24,000 nt of DNA from Alteribacillus bidgolensis (GCF_002886255.1 NZ_KZ614149.1:476646-500645), one strand, 5' to 3'; counted from the stretch's first letter, positions 9,010 through 19,353 are shown. A program made the numbers and translations. Notes: generated from the sequence alone by a model not told the origin.

Positions 9010-10410
9010 ATGCTGTTTGAGCAAGGGAAATGGACCACGGTTTCACAGCTTACTACACATATTAAAAAGACAATAGAGATGGAGTCTAATCTTCAGCAAG
9101 TATGGTTAAGAGCTGAGATTTCAAATTTTAAAAAGCACAGTCGCGGTCATATGTATTTTACCTTAAAGGATGAAAAATCAAGAATTTCAGCTGTCATGTT
9201 TGCTGGTAATAACCGCTTTTTAACCTTTCAGCCCGAAAATGGAATGAAAGTTTTAATAAAGGGTCATGTTTCTGTGTATGAGCCATTCGGGCAGTATCAG
9301 CTGTATGTGAAAGAGATGGAACCAGACGGTATTGGCCAATTGTACATTCAATATGAAAAATTAAAAAAACAATTAGAAACTGAAGGCCTTTTTGCACCAG
9401 AGCGTAAAAAGTCATTGCCTGTATTTCCGCGCGAAATAGCTATCATTACTTCTCCAACTGGTGCAGCAATCAGAGATATGATTACAACGCTGAAAAGACG
9501 GTTTCCCTTAATTAGAATTACACTGTTTCCTGTCCTCGTTCAGGGCGAAAACGCTCCTGTATCGATTTCTTCTGCAATGGAAAAAGCCGAATTAATGGGT
9601 GGATTTGATCTAATTATTTTCGGCAGAGGCGGAGGTTCCATTGAAGAATTGTGGGCATTTAATGAAGAAGCCGTGGCAAGAAAAATTGCATCTCTGTCTA
9701 TTCCGACTATTTCTGCAGTAGGGCATGAAACAGATTTCACTATTGCCGATTTTACAGCTGACTTAAGAGCAGCAACACCAACAGCAGCAGCTGAAATGGC
9801 TGTCCCGGTACTTAAAGAACTTGAAAAACAGCATAACCAGTTGAAAACACGTCTTCAAAAAGCGTTGAAAGACCAAGTTAAAAGAGAAAATGAAAAGCTT
9901 GAGCGAATAAAGCGATCGTATGCCTTTAGGTATCCAACCCATTTAATAAAGCAAAAAGAACAAGAATTAGATCGTTTATTAGAAAGGTTAAATAAAGCAC
10001 TATTTGACAAAAAAGAGCTTCGTAGAGAGCAGCTTCTTACGTTTAAAAAGCGCCTTGAACGACAGCATCCTTATCGGCTGTTAGAAGGTGAAAGATCGAA
10101 ACTGAATCATATGGATGAAAAGACCTTTAAAGCAATGGAACGTTATTTAACAGGGAAATATGAACGTTTCAAACATACGCTGCAAAAGCTTAATATTCTT
10201 AACCCTCTCGAAGTGATGCAAAGAGGATATAACGTCACCTATAATCAGAAGGGGCAGTTGGTGAAGTCCATCAAACAAATTGAACCAGGTGAAGAGATTT
10301 CCATGCATATTCAAGATGGAACTGTTCACGCCAAGGCTGAATCTGTTTCAAAGGATTCACTATGGTTTGGTAATAAGTCGGATAAGGGAGATGGAGTACG
10401 TGACAGATGA
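9010..10410 (+). CDS. xseA: Exodeoxyribonuclease VII large subunit
   Basis: 466 aa; [34 protein letters not shown]..., [25 protein letters not shown]. Confidence 0.98.
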   Translation: MLFEQGKWTTVSQLTTHIKKTIEMESNLQQVWLRAEISNFKKHSRGHMYFTLKDEKSRISAVMFAGNNRFLTFQPENGMKVLIKGHVSVYEPFGQYQLYVKEMEPDGIGQLYIQYEKLKKQLETEGLFAPERKKSLPVFPREIAIITSPTGAAIRDMITTLKRRFPLIRITLFPVLVQGENAPVSISSAMEKAELMGGFDLIIFGRGGGSIEELWAFNEEAVARKIASLSIPTISAVGHETDFTIADFTADLRAATPTAAAEMAVPVLKELEKQHNQLKTRLQKALKDQVKRENEKLERIKRSYAFRYPTHLIKQKEQELDRLLERLNKALFDKKELRREQLLTFKKRLERQHPYRLLEGERSKLNHMDEKTFKAMERYLTGKYERFKHTLQKLNILNPLEVMQRGYNVTYNQKGQLVKSIKQIEPGEEISMHIQDGTVHAKAESVSKDSLWFGNKSDKGDGVRDR

Positions 10411-10642
10411 TAATTTGAAAAATGTATCGTTTGAAGAAGCTATGGAAAAATTAGAAGGCATTGTAGAAAAACTCGAAGAAGGTGAGGTTCCTTTAGAGCA
10501 GGCAATTGTTATGTATCAAGAGGGGATGAGCCTTTCTAACGTTTGTCATGAAAAACTGCAGCGTATTGAGAAACAGATGGACAGAGTAGTAGAGGAAGAT
10601 GGGGAAGTAAAACCTCTCTTATCTGAGGAGGATGAAGAGTGA
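10400..10642 (+). CDS. xseB: Exodeoxyribonuclease VII small subunit
   Basis: ORF 10280-10642. The likely start is GTG 10400 with AAGGGAG (10384-10390). [37 protein letters not shown]. Confidence 0.95.
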   Translation: MTDDNLKNVSFEEAMEKLEGIVEKLEEGEVPLEQAIVMYQEGMSLSNVCHEKLQRIEKQMDRVVEEDGEVKPLLSEEDEE

Positions 10643-11526
10643 GCATCACAGAACTACAAGCTTTTATTTCTCAATTTAAAAATGAACTGGAAAAAAGACT
10701 TCCGGCATTTTTGGAAAAACTGGAATGTCCAGATACCTTGAAAGAAGCGATGCTTTATTCTGTTAATGCCGGTGGAAAAAGGGTCCGTCCTTTGTTAATG
10801 CTCGCGGCTGTCCAGTCATATCGTAACGTAGAAGAATCTGATTATGCGGTAGCTTGTGCAGTCGAAATGGTTCATACGTATTCTCTTATTCATGATGACT
10901 TACCGTCTATGGATGATGATGACTATCGGCGCGGAAAACCAACAAACCATAAAGTATTTGGAGAAGCATTTGCCGTTTTGGCTGGTGATGCCCTGCTAAC
11001 CAAAGCATTTGAAGTTATTAGTTCACTTAAAGAGTTAGAAAGTCATAACAAAATATTATTAATAAGAGAATTAGCCAAATCGGCAGGGGCTGAAGGAATG
11101 GTCGGTGGACAGGCTGCAGATTTAGAGGGAGAAGGAAAAGATCTTTCATTAGAGCAGCTTGAATATATTCATCACCATAAAACAGGAGATCTTTTAAGTT
11201 TTTCCGTTGTGGCAGGCGGGATATTAGGTGAAGCTCCAGACAATGATATGGATTATATCAGAGGGTTCGCCAGAGAGCTGGGCCTGGTTTTTCAAATTAA
11301 AGATGATATATTGGATATTGAAGGCGATTCAATAGAAATGGGAAAGGCAGCCGGTAGTGATGAATGCCGAGAAAAAAGCACATATCCAAGATTATTAACA
11401 CTTGATGGTGCCAAAGAAAAACTCATCACTCATGCGGATAATGCAAAAGAATACTTACGTTCTGTATCAGGTAATCCACTATTACTTGAGGATTTTATAC
11501 ATTATATTACGGAGCGGACCAAATAA
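10639..11526 (+). CDS. ispA: Polyprenyl (farnesyl) diphosphate synthase
   Basis: 295 aa, GTG start overlapping the xseB stop. [43 protein letters not shown]. Confidence 0.96.
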   Translation: MSITELQAFISQFKNELEKRLPAFLEKLECPDTLKEAMLYSVNAGGKRVRPLLMLAAVQSYRNVEESDYAVACAVEMVHTYSLIHDDLPSMDDDDYRRGKPTNHKVFGEAFAVLAGDALLTKAFEVISSLKELESHNKILLIRELAKSAGAEGMVGGQAADLEGEGKDLSLEQLEYIHHHKTGDLLSFSVVAGGILGEAPDNDMDYIRGFARELGLVFQIKDDILDIEGDSIEMGKAAGSDECREKSTYPRLLTLDGAKEKLITHADNAKEYLRSVSGNPLLLEDFIHYITERTK

Positions 11527-11546
11527 TTTTGTGATATTTCAATTAT

Positions 11547-11576
11547 TTGTGCTAAGTTTTTAGATCGTGGTATAAT
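11547..11576 (+). promoter_or_regulatory. sigA-like promoter driving the OLE RNA
   Basis: TTGTGC (11547-11552), 18-nt spacer, TGG-TATAAT (11571-11576), starting 20 nt after the ispA stop. Predicted transcription start is about 11583, just before the terminal stem. Confidence 0.8.
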
Positions 11577-11582
11577 ATATAT

Positions 11583-12175
11583 ACAAAATATCGGATGGTG
11601 CAGTATTCTAGTCGATTCTCCATTCTCGAGGGCGGGCCTAAAAATCCGCTGAAGGGCACATCGATGAAGTTCCTGATGCCGGCTCGAAGCGCCCAGCTTT
11701 GGGTCGGTGTTGGGAGTAAAGGTGTAAGGGCGATCCACAAAGGCATGTGGGCGTGAACCCTTTCACCGCGGAGGCCTCTTATTTTATGGGTAAATAAGAG
11801 GTAAGACCTGCAAGGCATGCCAGAGGGAAGGTATGTGTGCAGCGTAGCCTGCCTTGAGTGGAGCAGCGGGGAAGGTAAAGTCTAGGATGATTACCGTAGG
11901 CCAACGGATACTTTCCTATCACCTGAAACCTGCTCTGCAAAAGAGGCTAAGAGAGTGGCACGGAATTGTTGAGGAAAACTCCTAGACTGTTCATATAGAC
12001 GAATGAAGTGGATTGCAGTGTGTGCTGAGTGGCAATCCAGTCTGATGTCCGGCGACGGCATCAAGCTGTTTTTAAAGGGAAACCACCAAGGCGGCGACGC
12101 TTTGGCAAGCAGCTGGGAAATCCTACTGGACCTAAGACACAATGTTTACGCTTTATATCGGCCATCCGATATCTA
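11583..12175 (+). ncRNA. ole: OLE RNA (Ornate Large Extremophilic RNA), about 590 nt
   Basis: GC-rich, non-coding, richly structured block flanked by AT-rich sequence. The termini pair perfectly: ATATCGGATGG 11588-11598 with CCATCCGATAT 12162-12172. Internal hairpins include CCTCTTATTT/AAATAAGAGG (11775-11801), GGATTGC/GCAATCC (12010-12038), GATGTC/GGCATC (12044-12062) and CCAAGGC/GCTTTGG (12086-12105). Synteny xseB-ispA-[RNA]-membrane protein-dxs-tlyA-argR-recN matches the described OLE context. Confidence 0.93.
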
Positions 12176-12214
12176 CATATATTTATTTTAACCAACATTC
12201 TTAAAATATATTAG

Positions 12215-12829
12215 GTGATTATGCAAATAATGAAAAGTATATGGAAAAATTCTATACGTTGGAGCGTTTTAATTGCCGTTATCACACTGGTGTTAGCGGC
12301 TATTTTTTCAATTATTTCCACTGCAGTTCTTAGTGGAGTAGACTGGGCCGTTGGAATGATTATAGTGCTTGTGATCGTTCTTGTTGGTGTGTTTTTTGAT
12401 ATGATTGGAGTAGCGGCCACCGCAGCGTCTGAAAAACCATTTCATTCGATGGCTTCAAAAAAGGTACCCGGTGCTTATCAAGCAATGAAGGTCACAAGAA
12501 ATGCAGATAAAGTAGCAAATTTTTGTGCGGATGTTATTGGTGATATATCCGGTGTAGTAAGCGGAACAGCAGCTTCAGCTGTTGTATTGCAATTTACATT
12601 TGCTTTAGGTTCTAGCGATGGAAGTACGCTTCAATTTATACTAGGTGTAATATTTACAGCTGTGGTAGCAGCATTAACAGTAGGTGGAAAAGCATTAGGC
12701 AAAACATTTGCCATTACTTTTTCTACCGCAATAATTTTTCAAGTTGGACGTATCTTTTATATACTTGAACATAAATTAAAAATTAAATTATTTAACAAAA
12801 AGACGACCAAGAAAACAAAGAAAGTTTAA
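12215..12829 (+). CDS. oapA: OLE-associated membrane protein OapA
   Basis: 204-aa ORF with about four hydrophobic segments and a basic C-terminal tail ([16 protein letters not shown]), directly between the OLE RNA and dxs. The exact start is uncertain (GTG 12215, ATG 12221 or ATG 12230; AGGTG at 12213-12217). Confidence 0.88.
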   Translation: MIMQIMKSIWKNSIRWSVLIAVITLVLAAIFSIISTAVLSGVDWAVGMIIVLVIVLVGVFFDMIGVAATAASEKPFHSMASKKVPGAYQAMKVTRNADKVANFCADVIGDISGVVSGTAASAVVLQFTFALGSSDGSTLQFILGVIFTAVVAALTVGGKALGKTFAITFSTAIIFQVGRIFYILEHKLKIKLFNKKTTKKTKKV

Positions 12830-12855
12830 AACGACTGAAAGTGAGGGTTCGCTTC

Positions 12856-14745
12856 ATGGATTTAAAAACAATAAAGGACCCGGCAATTGTACAAGCATGC
12901 AGCCGACAAGAACTTGAAAGTCTAGCTCAACATATTAGAGAGTTTCTTATTCAGAAGCTGTCGGTTACAGGCGGCCATTTAGGCCCTAATTTAGGTGTAG
13001 TAGAATTAACACTTGCTTTACATCATCTGTATCAAACACCAAAAGACAAAATCATTTGGGATGTTGGGCACCAAGCTTATGTTCATAAGATACTGACTGG
13101 ACGAGCTGGTCAATTTGACAGTCTGCGTAAATATAAAGGATTGTGCGGTTTTCCAAAACGAGATGAGAGTGAACATGATGTTTGGGAAACTGGCCACAGC
13201 TCTACCTCACTTTCTGCAGCTATGGGGATGGCGGTAGCTAGAGACTTAAAAGGAAGTAAGGATCAAATAGCAGCTGTTATTGGTGACGGTGCTTTAACGG
13301 GTGGAATGGCACTTGAAGCATTAAACCATATCGGTCATGAACAAACAAATTTGACCATCATATTAAATGACAATGAAATGTCCATTGCACCAAATGTTGG
13401 AGCTCTTCACAGCATTCTTGGCCGTCTCAGAACAACAGGTAAATATCAAAAAGTTAAAGATGATATAGAATTTTTAATCAAAAAAATCCCTGCTTTTGGA
13501 GGGAGACTTGCGTCAACTGCTGAACGAGTAAAAGACAGTTTGAAATATTTACTTGTATCGGGAATGTTTTTTGAGGAAATGGGATTTACCTATCTTGGTC
13601 CTGTTGATGGTCATGATTTTGACGACCTGTTGTCTAATATTAAATATGGACGAGATACAAATGGTCCGGTAATCGTTCATGTGTTAACCAAAAAAGGAAA
13701 AGGCTATGCTCCAGCTGAAAACGATGCTAAAGGTACATGGCATGGGCTCGGGCCTTATAAAATCGAATCGGGAGAAGTAGTGAAAAAACCGGGACCTCCT
13801 GCATACAGTGCAGTATTTAGCAGTACATTACAAAGACTCGCTCATAAAGATGAGAGAATTGTAGCTTTAACAGCTGCTATGCCCGGCGGTACCAAACTGG
13901 ATCAATTTGGTGCTGAGTTTCCGGAAAGAATGTTTGATGTAGGTATAGCTGAACAGCATGCCACCACTATGGCAGGCGGATTAGCTACACAAGGGATGAA
14001 ACCTGTATTTGCCGTGTATTCCACGTTTTTGCAGCGAGGTTATGATCAACTTGTACATGATGTATGCAGGCAAAACTTGAATGTATTTTTTGCGATTGAC
14101 AGGGCCGGCCTTGTTGGAGCGGATGGAGAAACGCATCAAGGGGTTTTTGACATTGCTTATTTACGGCACCTTCCTAACATGAAAGTGTTAATGCCAAAAG
14201 ATGAGAATGAATTACAGCATATGATTTATACAGCTTTACGATATGATGACGGTCCCATTGCAGTTCGTTACCCCCGCGGTAATGGCTATGGAGTTAAAAT
14301 GGATGAGGAATTAAAAGAGTTAGAAATCGGAAAATGGGAAATCCTTAAGGATGGCAAAGATGCAACAATATTATCTTTTGGTACTATGCTTCCGGTAGCT
14401 GTTGAAGCAGCTAAGACGCTTTCTGAACAAAATGTCCATGTTCGTGTCGTAAATGCCAGATCGGCTAAGCCGTTAGATGCAGATCTTTTGAAAGAACTGC
14501 AGGAAGAAGGACAGCCTATTCTTACTTTGGAAGAAGCAGTTTTAAAGGGAAGTTTTGGAAGTGCAGTTCTTGAGCACTTTCATGATACAGGCTGTCATAA
14601 CATGGTAATAGAACGGATGGGCATACCAGATAGATACATTGAACATGGCAGTGTACCGGAATTATATGAGGAAATAGGATTGACTGCAGAAGAAGTTATA
14701 AATAAAATTTTTACACTTGTCCCTAGAAGACGGCAAAGGGCGTAG
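12856..14745 (+). CDS. dxs: 1-deoxy-D-xylulose-5-phosphate synthase
   Basis: ORF 12841-14745. The likely start is ATG 12856. [68 protein letters not shown]. Confidence 0.98.
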   Translation: MDLKTIKDPAIVQACSRQELESLAQHIREFLIQKLSVTGGHLGPNLGVVELTLALHHLYQTPKDKIIWDVGHQAYVHKILTGRAGQFDSLRKYKGLCGFPKRDESEHDVWETGHSSTSLSAAMGMAVARDLKGSKDQIAAVIGDGALTGGMALEALNHIGHEQTNLTIILNDNEMSIAPNVGALHSILGRLRTTGKYQKVKDDIEFLIKKIPAFGGRLASTAERVKDSLKYLLVSGMFFEEMGFTYLGPVDGHDFDDLLSNIKYGRDTNGPVIVHVLTKKGKGYAPAENDAKGTWHGLGPYKIESGEVVKKPGPPAYSAVFSSTLQRLAHKDERIVALTAAMPGGTKLDQFGAEFPERMFDVGIAEQHATTMAGGLATQGMKPVFAVYSTFLQRGYDQLVHDVCRQNLNVFFAIDRAGLVGADGETHQGVFDIAYLRHLPNMKVLMPKDENELQHMIYTALRYDDGPIAVRYPRGNGYGVKMDEELKELEIGKWEILKDGKDATILSFGTMLPVAVEAAKTLSEQNVHVRVVNARSAKPLDADLLKELQEEGQPILTLEEAVLKGSFGSAVLEHFHDTGCHNMVIERMGIPDRYIEHGSVPELYEEIGLTAEEVINKIFTLVPRRRQRA

Positions 14746-14748
14746 ACC

Positions 14749-15579
14749 ATGAAAAAAGAACGAATAGATATATTATTAGTCGAACAAGGTTTTTTTGATT
14801 CACGAGAAAAAGCAAAGCGCTCGATTATGGCAGGTTTAGTATTAGCTGACAATGAACGTATTGACAAACCCGGCACTAAAATTGACAGATCTACCTCTAT
14901 TCGTATAAAAGGAGAAGCAATCCCTTACGTCAGCCGCGGGGGATTTAAACTTGAAAAAGCGTTAAATGTATTCCCGTTAAACCTGCAAAACAAAATTGTG
15001 CTGGATATAGGAGCTTCTACTGGAGGCTTTACGGATTGTGCTTTGCAAAATGGGGCTAAAATGGTTTACGCTGTGGATGTTGGATACAATCAGTTATCGT
15101 GGAAACTGCGTAATCACGATAAAGTTGAAGTAATGGAACGCTTTAATTTTCGATATGCAGCACCCGAACATTTTAAAGATAAACCTGAGGCAGCGGTAGC
15201 TGATGTATCTTTTATATCTTTAAAACTTCTTTTGCCTCCATTAAAAAATATATTAACGAAGGATAGTCAAGTATGTTTGTTAATAAAGCCTCAATTTGAA
15301 GCAGGACGTGACAAAGTTGGAAAAAAAGGTATTGTTCGTGATCCAAACGTCCATCGTCAAGTTATTTATGATATTCTTTCGTTTGCAACATCCACAGGGT
15401 TTACTCCGGTAGATATGGATTTTTCTCCAATAACTGGAGGAGACGGTAATATCGAATTTTTATTGTTTATGCAATGGCACCCTTTGCCTCAAAATGAAAA
15501 TTTAATTACGGAAAAGAATGTATCTTCTGTTGTTGAAAAAGCCCACTCCCACTTTCATGCCGTTCAACGGGGTGAGTAA
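14749..15579 (+). CDS. tlyA: TlyA/YqxC family S4-domain rRNA methyltransferase
   Basis: 276 aa; S4 domain N-terminus, SRGGFKLEKAL, VLDIGASTGGFTDCALQNGAKMVYAVDVGYNQL. Confidence 0.95.
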   Translation: MKKERIDILLVEQGFFDSREKAKRSIMAGLVLADNERIDKPGTKIDRSTSIRIKGEAIPYVSRGGFKLEKALNVFPLNLQNKIVLDIGASTGGFTDCALQNGAKMVYAVDVGYNQLSWKLRNHDKVEVMERFNFRYAAPEHFKDKPEAAVADVSFISLKLLLPPLKNILTKDSQVCLLIKPQFEAGRDKVGKKGIVRDPNVHRQVIYDILSFATSTGFTPVDMDFSPITGGDGNIEFLLFMQWHPLPQNENLITEKNVSSVVEKAHSHFHAVQRGE

Positions 15580-15668
15580 GTATTTCTCATCCCCCTGTTG
15601 AATGAATACCCCTTCAAATCCTAAACATATGTTTTCACCTTCTCTTCTCTATATTTTTACTCGTATGT

Positions 15669-15697
15669 TTGTATAAATATAAAAAATTAGTTATGAT
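15669..15697 (+). promoter_or_regulatory. Candidate sigA-type promoter for argR
   Basis: TTGTAT (15669-15674), 17-nt spacer, TATGAT (15692-15697), about 60 nt before the argR start. Confidence 0.5.
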
Positions 15698-15756
15698 ACA
15701 ATTAGCACTTTTACTATATAGCCAATGATATTGGAAGCATCAAGAGGAGGTTGCAC

Positions 15757-16206
15757 ATGAATAAAGGGCAGCGTCATATTAAAATTAGAGAATTAATAAC
15801 AGACTTGGATATAGAGACACAAGATGAATTGGTGGATCGGTTAAAAAAGGGCGGTTATAATGTAACTCAAGCAACTGTTTCTAGAGACATAAAAGAACTG
15901 CATCTGGTTAAAGTACCGATGATGGACGGAAGATATAAATACAGTTTGCCGGCAGATCAAAGATTTAATCCTTTACAAAAGTTAAAAAGAGCGCTTGTTG
16001 ACAGCTTTATCGGAGTTGATCAAGCTGACAATCTCATTGTTATGAAAACCCTTCCTGGAAATGCTAATGCTGTTGCGGTATTAATCGATAATTTAGATTG
16101 GGAAGAGATATTAGGTACCATTTGCGGAGACGATACGATATTAATTATTTGCCGTGATAAAAAACAAGCTGGTCCTATTGTGGATCGGTTCCTTGAAATG
16201 CTTTAA
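15757..16206 (+). CDS. argR: Arginine repressor ArgR/AhrC
   Basis: AGAGGAGG (15743-15750), 6 nt, ATG 15757. [53 protein letters not shown]. Confidence 0.97.
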   Translation: MNKGQRHIKIRELITDLDIETQDELVDRLKKGGYNVTQATVSRDIKELHLVKVPMMDGRYKYSLPADQRFNPLQKLKRALVDSFIGVDQADNLIVMKTLPGNANAVAVLIDNLDWEEILGTICGDDTILIICRDKKQAGPIVDRFLEML

Positions 16207-16231
16207 TTTAAAAGATGATCGAGGTGCTTTC

Positions 16232-17953
16232 ATGCTCGAAGAACTTTCAATAAAAAATTTCGCTATTATTGAAGAATTAACCGTTCCATTCGGTGAAGGA
16301 CTGACAGTATTAACTGGAGAAACAGGTGCCGGTAAATCAATTATTATCGATGCTATTGGCTTATTAATTGGAGGGCGCAGTTCAGTAGAATATGTACGTC
16401 ACGGGGAAAAACGTGCAGAAATAGAAGGATTGTTTCGAATTAATACTTCACATCCTTCAAGAAAGAAGCTTGAGGATGCCGGCATTGAAGTAGAAGAAGA
16501 TATGGTGGTATTAAGAAGAGATATTACAGATCAAGGAAAAAGCGTTTGCCGTATAAATGGAAAATTAGTAACACTAGCTATACTGCGGGAAACAGGACAA
16601 TCTTTAGTCGATATACATGGTCAACATGAACATCAGGAATTAATGCAGCCAGAAAAACATATTACAATGCTTGATCGTTTCGCAGGAAAAAAACTGTATG
16701 AAACACTTCAGGATTACAAATCGCGGTATCAAACCTTTACAAAACTTCAATCAGAATTAGAAAAATGGAAAGAAAACGATCAAGAAACGGCAAACCGCCT
16801 TGATTTTATCCAATACCAATTAAATGAGATAGAAGCAGCAAGTTTAGTCCCTGGAGAAGATGAAGAATTAGTGAAAGAAAGACATATTTTATCGAATAGT
16901 GAAAAATTATTCAGTCAGCTGAATAACACCTATGAAAGCCTCTATGGTGAAGGAAAAGCATTAGACTGGGCAGGGCTGGCTATGTCACATTCTGAAGATG
17001 CTGCAGCTATTGATAGTGACATGGAGAAAGTTAATGAATCCATTCATACAGCTTATTATATGCTTGAAGAAGCAGCTTTCTCATTAAGAAACCATGTAGA
17101 CTCTTTATTATTTGATCCTGAACGTTTAAATGAAATTGAAGCAAGGTTAGAGGAAATTAAAAAGTTAAAACGAAAATACGGCAATTCTGTCATGGAAATA
17201 CTTGAATTTTCCTCAAAAATTGAAGAAGAAATGGAGCACCTTACCAATAAGGACGAAAAAATTCAGGAATGTCAAGAACAGCTAAAAATAGCAGCTCTAG
17301 ATTTAAAAGCAGAAGCTGATACGTTAACGGATTTGCGGTATCAAGCTGGAAAAGAGCTATCGGACAAAGTGAAAACGGAACTTAAAGAGCTGTATATGGA
17401 TAAAGCTGAGATGGAAGTAAACGTAAAAAAATTAAAAAAAGGAAAGCAGTACGAATGGGAGAATGGACGAACCATTTTTAATGACAATGGAAAAGATAAA
17501 GTTGAATTTTTAATGGCCACCAATGCCGGCGAACCTTTAAAGCCACTTGCCAAAGTCGCCTCTGGCGGAGAAATATCAAGAATTATGCTTGCCATGAAAA
17601 CGATTTTGTCAGGTTTCCAGCACGTTACCTCCCTAATATTTGATGAAGTGGACACCGGAGTAAGCGGACGTGTGGCCCAAGCCATCGCACAAAAAATATA
17701 CCACGTTTCGGTTGGTTCTCAAGTATTATGCATTACCCATCTTCCGCAAGTAGCTGCGATGGCTGATAACCATTTATTCATCGAAAAAAGAGAGAAGGAA
17801 AACCGGGTAATAACTACTGTAAAACCAATAGATGGAATGAAGAAAGCGGATGAAATTGCCAGAATGATATCAGGGGTAGAAATAACGGAATTGACACGAA
17901 AAAATGCAAATGAATTATTGGCTATGGCCGAGAAGATTAAAACCAAATCATGA
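16232..17953 (+). CDS. recN: DNA repair protein RecN
   Basis: ORF 16154-17953. The likely start is ATG 16232 (MLEELSIKNFAIIEELTVPFGEGLTVLTGETGAGKSIIIDAIGLLIGGR) with GAGGTG upstream. Also QHEHQELM, LIFDEVDTGVSGRVAQAI. Confidence 0.98.
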   Translation: MLEELSIKNFAIIEELTVPFGEGLTVLTGETGAGKSIIIDAIGLLIGGRSSVEYVRHGEKRAEIEGLFRINTSHPSRKKLEDAGIEVEEDMVVLRRDITDQGKSVCRINGKLVTLAILRETGQSLVDIHGQHEHQELMQPEKHITMLDRFAGKKLYETLQDYKSRYQTFTKLQSELEKWKENDQETANRLDFIQYQLNEIEAASLVPGEDEELVKERHILSNSEKLFSQLNNTYESLYGEGKALDWAGLAMSHSEDAAAIDSDMEKVNESIHTAYYMLEEAAFSLRNHVDSLLFDPERLNEIEARLEEIKKLKRKYGNSVMEILEFSSKIEEEMEHLTNKDEKIQECQEQLKIAALDLKAEADTLTDLRYQAGKELSDKVKTELKELYMDKAEMEVNVKKLKKGKQYEWENGRTIFNDNGKDKVEFLMATNAGEPLKPLAKVASGGEISRIMLAMKTILSGFQHVTSLIFDEVDTGVSGRVAQAIAQKIYHVSVGSQVLCITHLPQVAAMADNHLFIEKREKENRVITTVKPIDGMKKADEIARMISGVEITELTRKNANELLAMAEKIKTKS

Positions 17954-17983
17954 AAAGCTGACCAAAACAGGTCAGCTTTTTTA
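17953..17983 (+). terminator. Terminator after recN
   Basis: AAAAGCTGACC-AAAACA-GGTCAGCTTTTTT perfect hairpin plus T tract. Confidence 0.9.
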
Positions 17984-18071
17984 TTTTTACCTGCTTATAA
18001 ATCCTTTGTCAGGAGGCAATTATATGAATACAACAGATAATTTTAAATAGGGGACGAGGAGGATTTAATGC

Positions 18072-19325
18072 ATGGATTGGGGGAGAAGAATTACTGGTGT
18101 TGTGCTATTATTATTATTTACCATAGGAATAACAAATCATACGGTCCAAACATTAATAAATATACCGGATGAATTCATTTTTTTTGAGTCCGATTGGCAA
18201 AATGACAATATAGTCAGCGGTATACAAAACAAATTAAATATAAAAGATAAAAACGATGTGCAAATCACTGAAAATCAAGAAAAATCAAACGCTTCAATAA
18301 AAGTCACGTCTATGCCAAAAAAACAAAGTAAAATAAAAACAATACCAGATATCAAATTAATTCCAGGCGGTGATTCTATTGGGGTGAAACTGCAATCAGA
18401 TGGGATAATGATTGTAGGTTTTCATGAAATAGCTGCAGAAAAAGAAAGAATTTCTCCGGCAAAAGAGGCAGGCATGAAAGTAGGCGATCGGATTATTTCT
18501 ATAAATGGCAAGAAAGTGAATCAGTTAGAAGATGTTGTGCAAATCTTAGAAAGTTCAGATACAAGTGATTCACTTCAAGTTAAAGTAAAAAGAAACAATG
18601 AAGAACGAAATATAAATGTAAAAATCCATCAAGGAAAAAAAGGAAATGTCATTGGAGCTTATATTCGCAATGCAGCATCAGGAGTAGGTACATTAACGTT
18701 TTATGAACCTAAAAGTGGGAAATTTGGCGCTTTAGGTCACGTGATTGCTGACTCTGATACTAAAAAGCCTATTATCGTTGAAAATGGAACGATTGTCCGT
18801 TCTTCCGTCAAGTCTATTGAAAGAGGGGCCAATGGAAAGCCTGGGGAAAAGCAAGCTGTTTTATCGTCTGACAACGATATTCTAGGAAAAGTGACAAAAA
18901 ATAGTTCGTTTGGTGTATTTGGCCAATTAGATACAGACAAACTTTTAAAAAAGCCATCTAATTCGAAGCCGCTTCCTATAGCATTTGCTCATGAAGTAAA
19001 AAAAGGACCTGCAGAGATATTAACTGTTGTAGAAGGTGAAAAAATCGAAAAGTTTGATATTGAAATTGTACAATCTGTCCCTCAAATGCACGCAGCTTCA
19101 AAAGGAATGGTCATAAAGGTGACAGATGATGAATTATTAGAAAAAACAGGAGGGATTATTCAAGGAATGAGCGGAAGTCCTATCATCCAAGACGGAAAAA
19201 TCATCGGAGCGGTTACACACGTATTTGTAAATGATTCAACTTCAGGGTACGCTTCTCATATTGAATGGATGCTTGAAGAAGCAGGGATTGACACGTTTAT
19301 AAAAGAAAGGAAAAAAGCGAGTTAA
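18072..19325 (+). CDS. spoIVB: SpoIVB peptidase (PDZ + S55)
   Basis: 417 aa; MDWGRRITGVVLLLLFTIGITN..., PDZ core, GALGHVIADSDTKK, GGIIQGMSGSPIIQDGKIIGAVTHVFVN. GAGGAGG ribosome binding site. Confidence 0.96.
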   Translation: MDWGRRITGVVLLLLFTIGITNHTVQTLINIPDEFIFFESDWQNDNIVSGIQNKLNIKDKNDVQITENQEKSNASIKVTSMPKKQSKIKTIPDIKLIPGGDSIGVKLQSDGIMIVGFHEIAAEKERISPAKEAGMKVGDRIISINGKKVNQLEDVVQILESSDTSDSLQVKVKRNNEERNINVKIHQGKKGNVIGAYIRNAASGVGTLTFYEPKSGKFGALGHVIADSDTKKPIIVENGTIVRSSVKSIERGANGKPGEKQAVLSSDNDILGKVTKNSSFGVFGQLDTDKLLKKPSNSKPLPIAFAHEVKKGPAEILTVVEGEKIEKFDIEIVQSVPQMHAASKGMVIKVTDDELLEKTGGIIQGMSGSPIIQDGKIIGAVTHVFVNDSTSGYASHIEWMLEEAGIDTFIKERKKAS

Positions 19326-19326
19326 G

Positions 19327-19353
19327 GGAAAACTGGAAGCAGTTTTCCTTTTT
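19327..19353 (+). terminator. Terminator after spoIVB
   Basis: GGAAAACT-GGAAGC-AGTTTTCC-TTTTT. Confidence 0.88.

Noticed and set aside
11583-12175. Group I/II intron, tmRNA, RNase P or 6S RNA as explanation for the structured block
   Set aside because: No intron-encoded protein, domain V-like signature, tmRNA tag/tRNA-like ends or RNase P conserved core recognised. Gene context and size fit OLE RNA best.
11502-12214. ORFs 11502-11738(-), 11552-11818(-), 11891-12142(-), 12003-12191(+), 12029-12214(+)
   Set aside because: They overlap each other in several frames inside the structured OLE RNA, have no family resemblance and no good ribosome binding sites. ORFs by chance in a GC-rich ncRNA.
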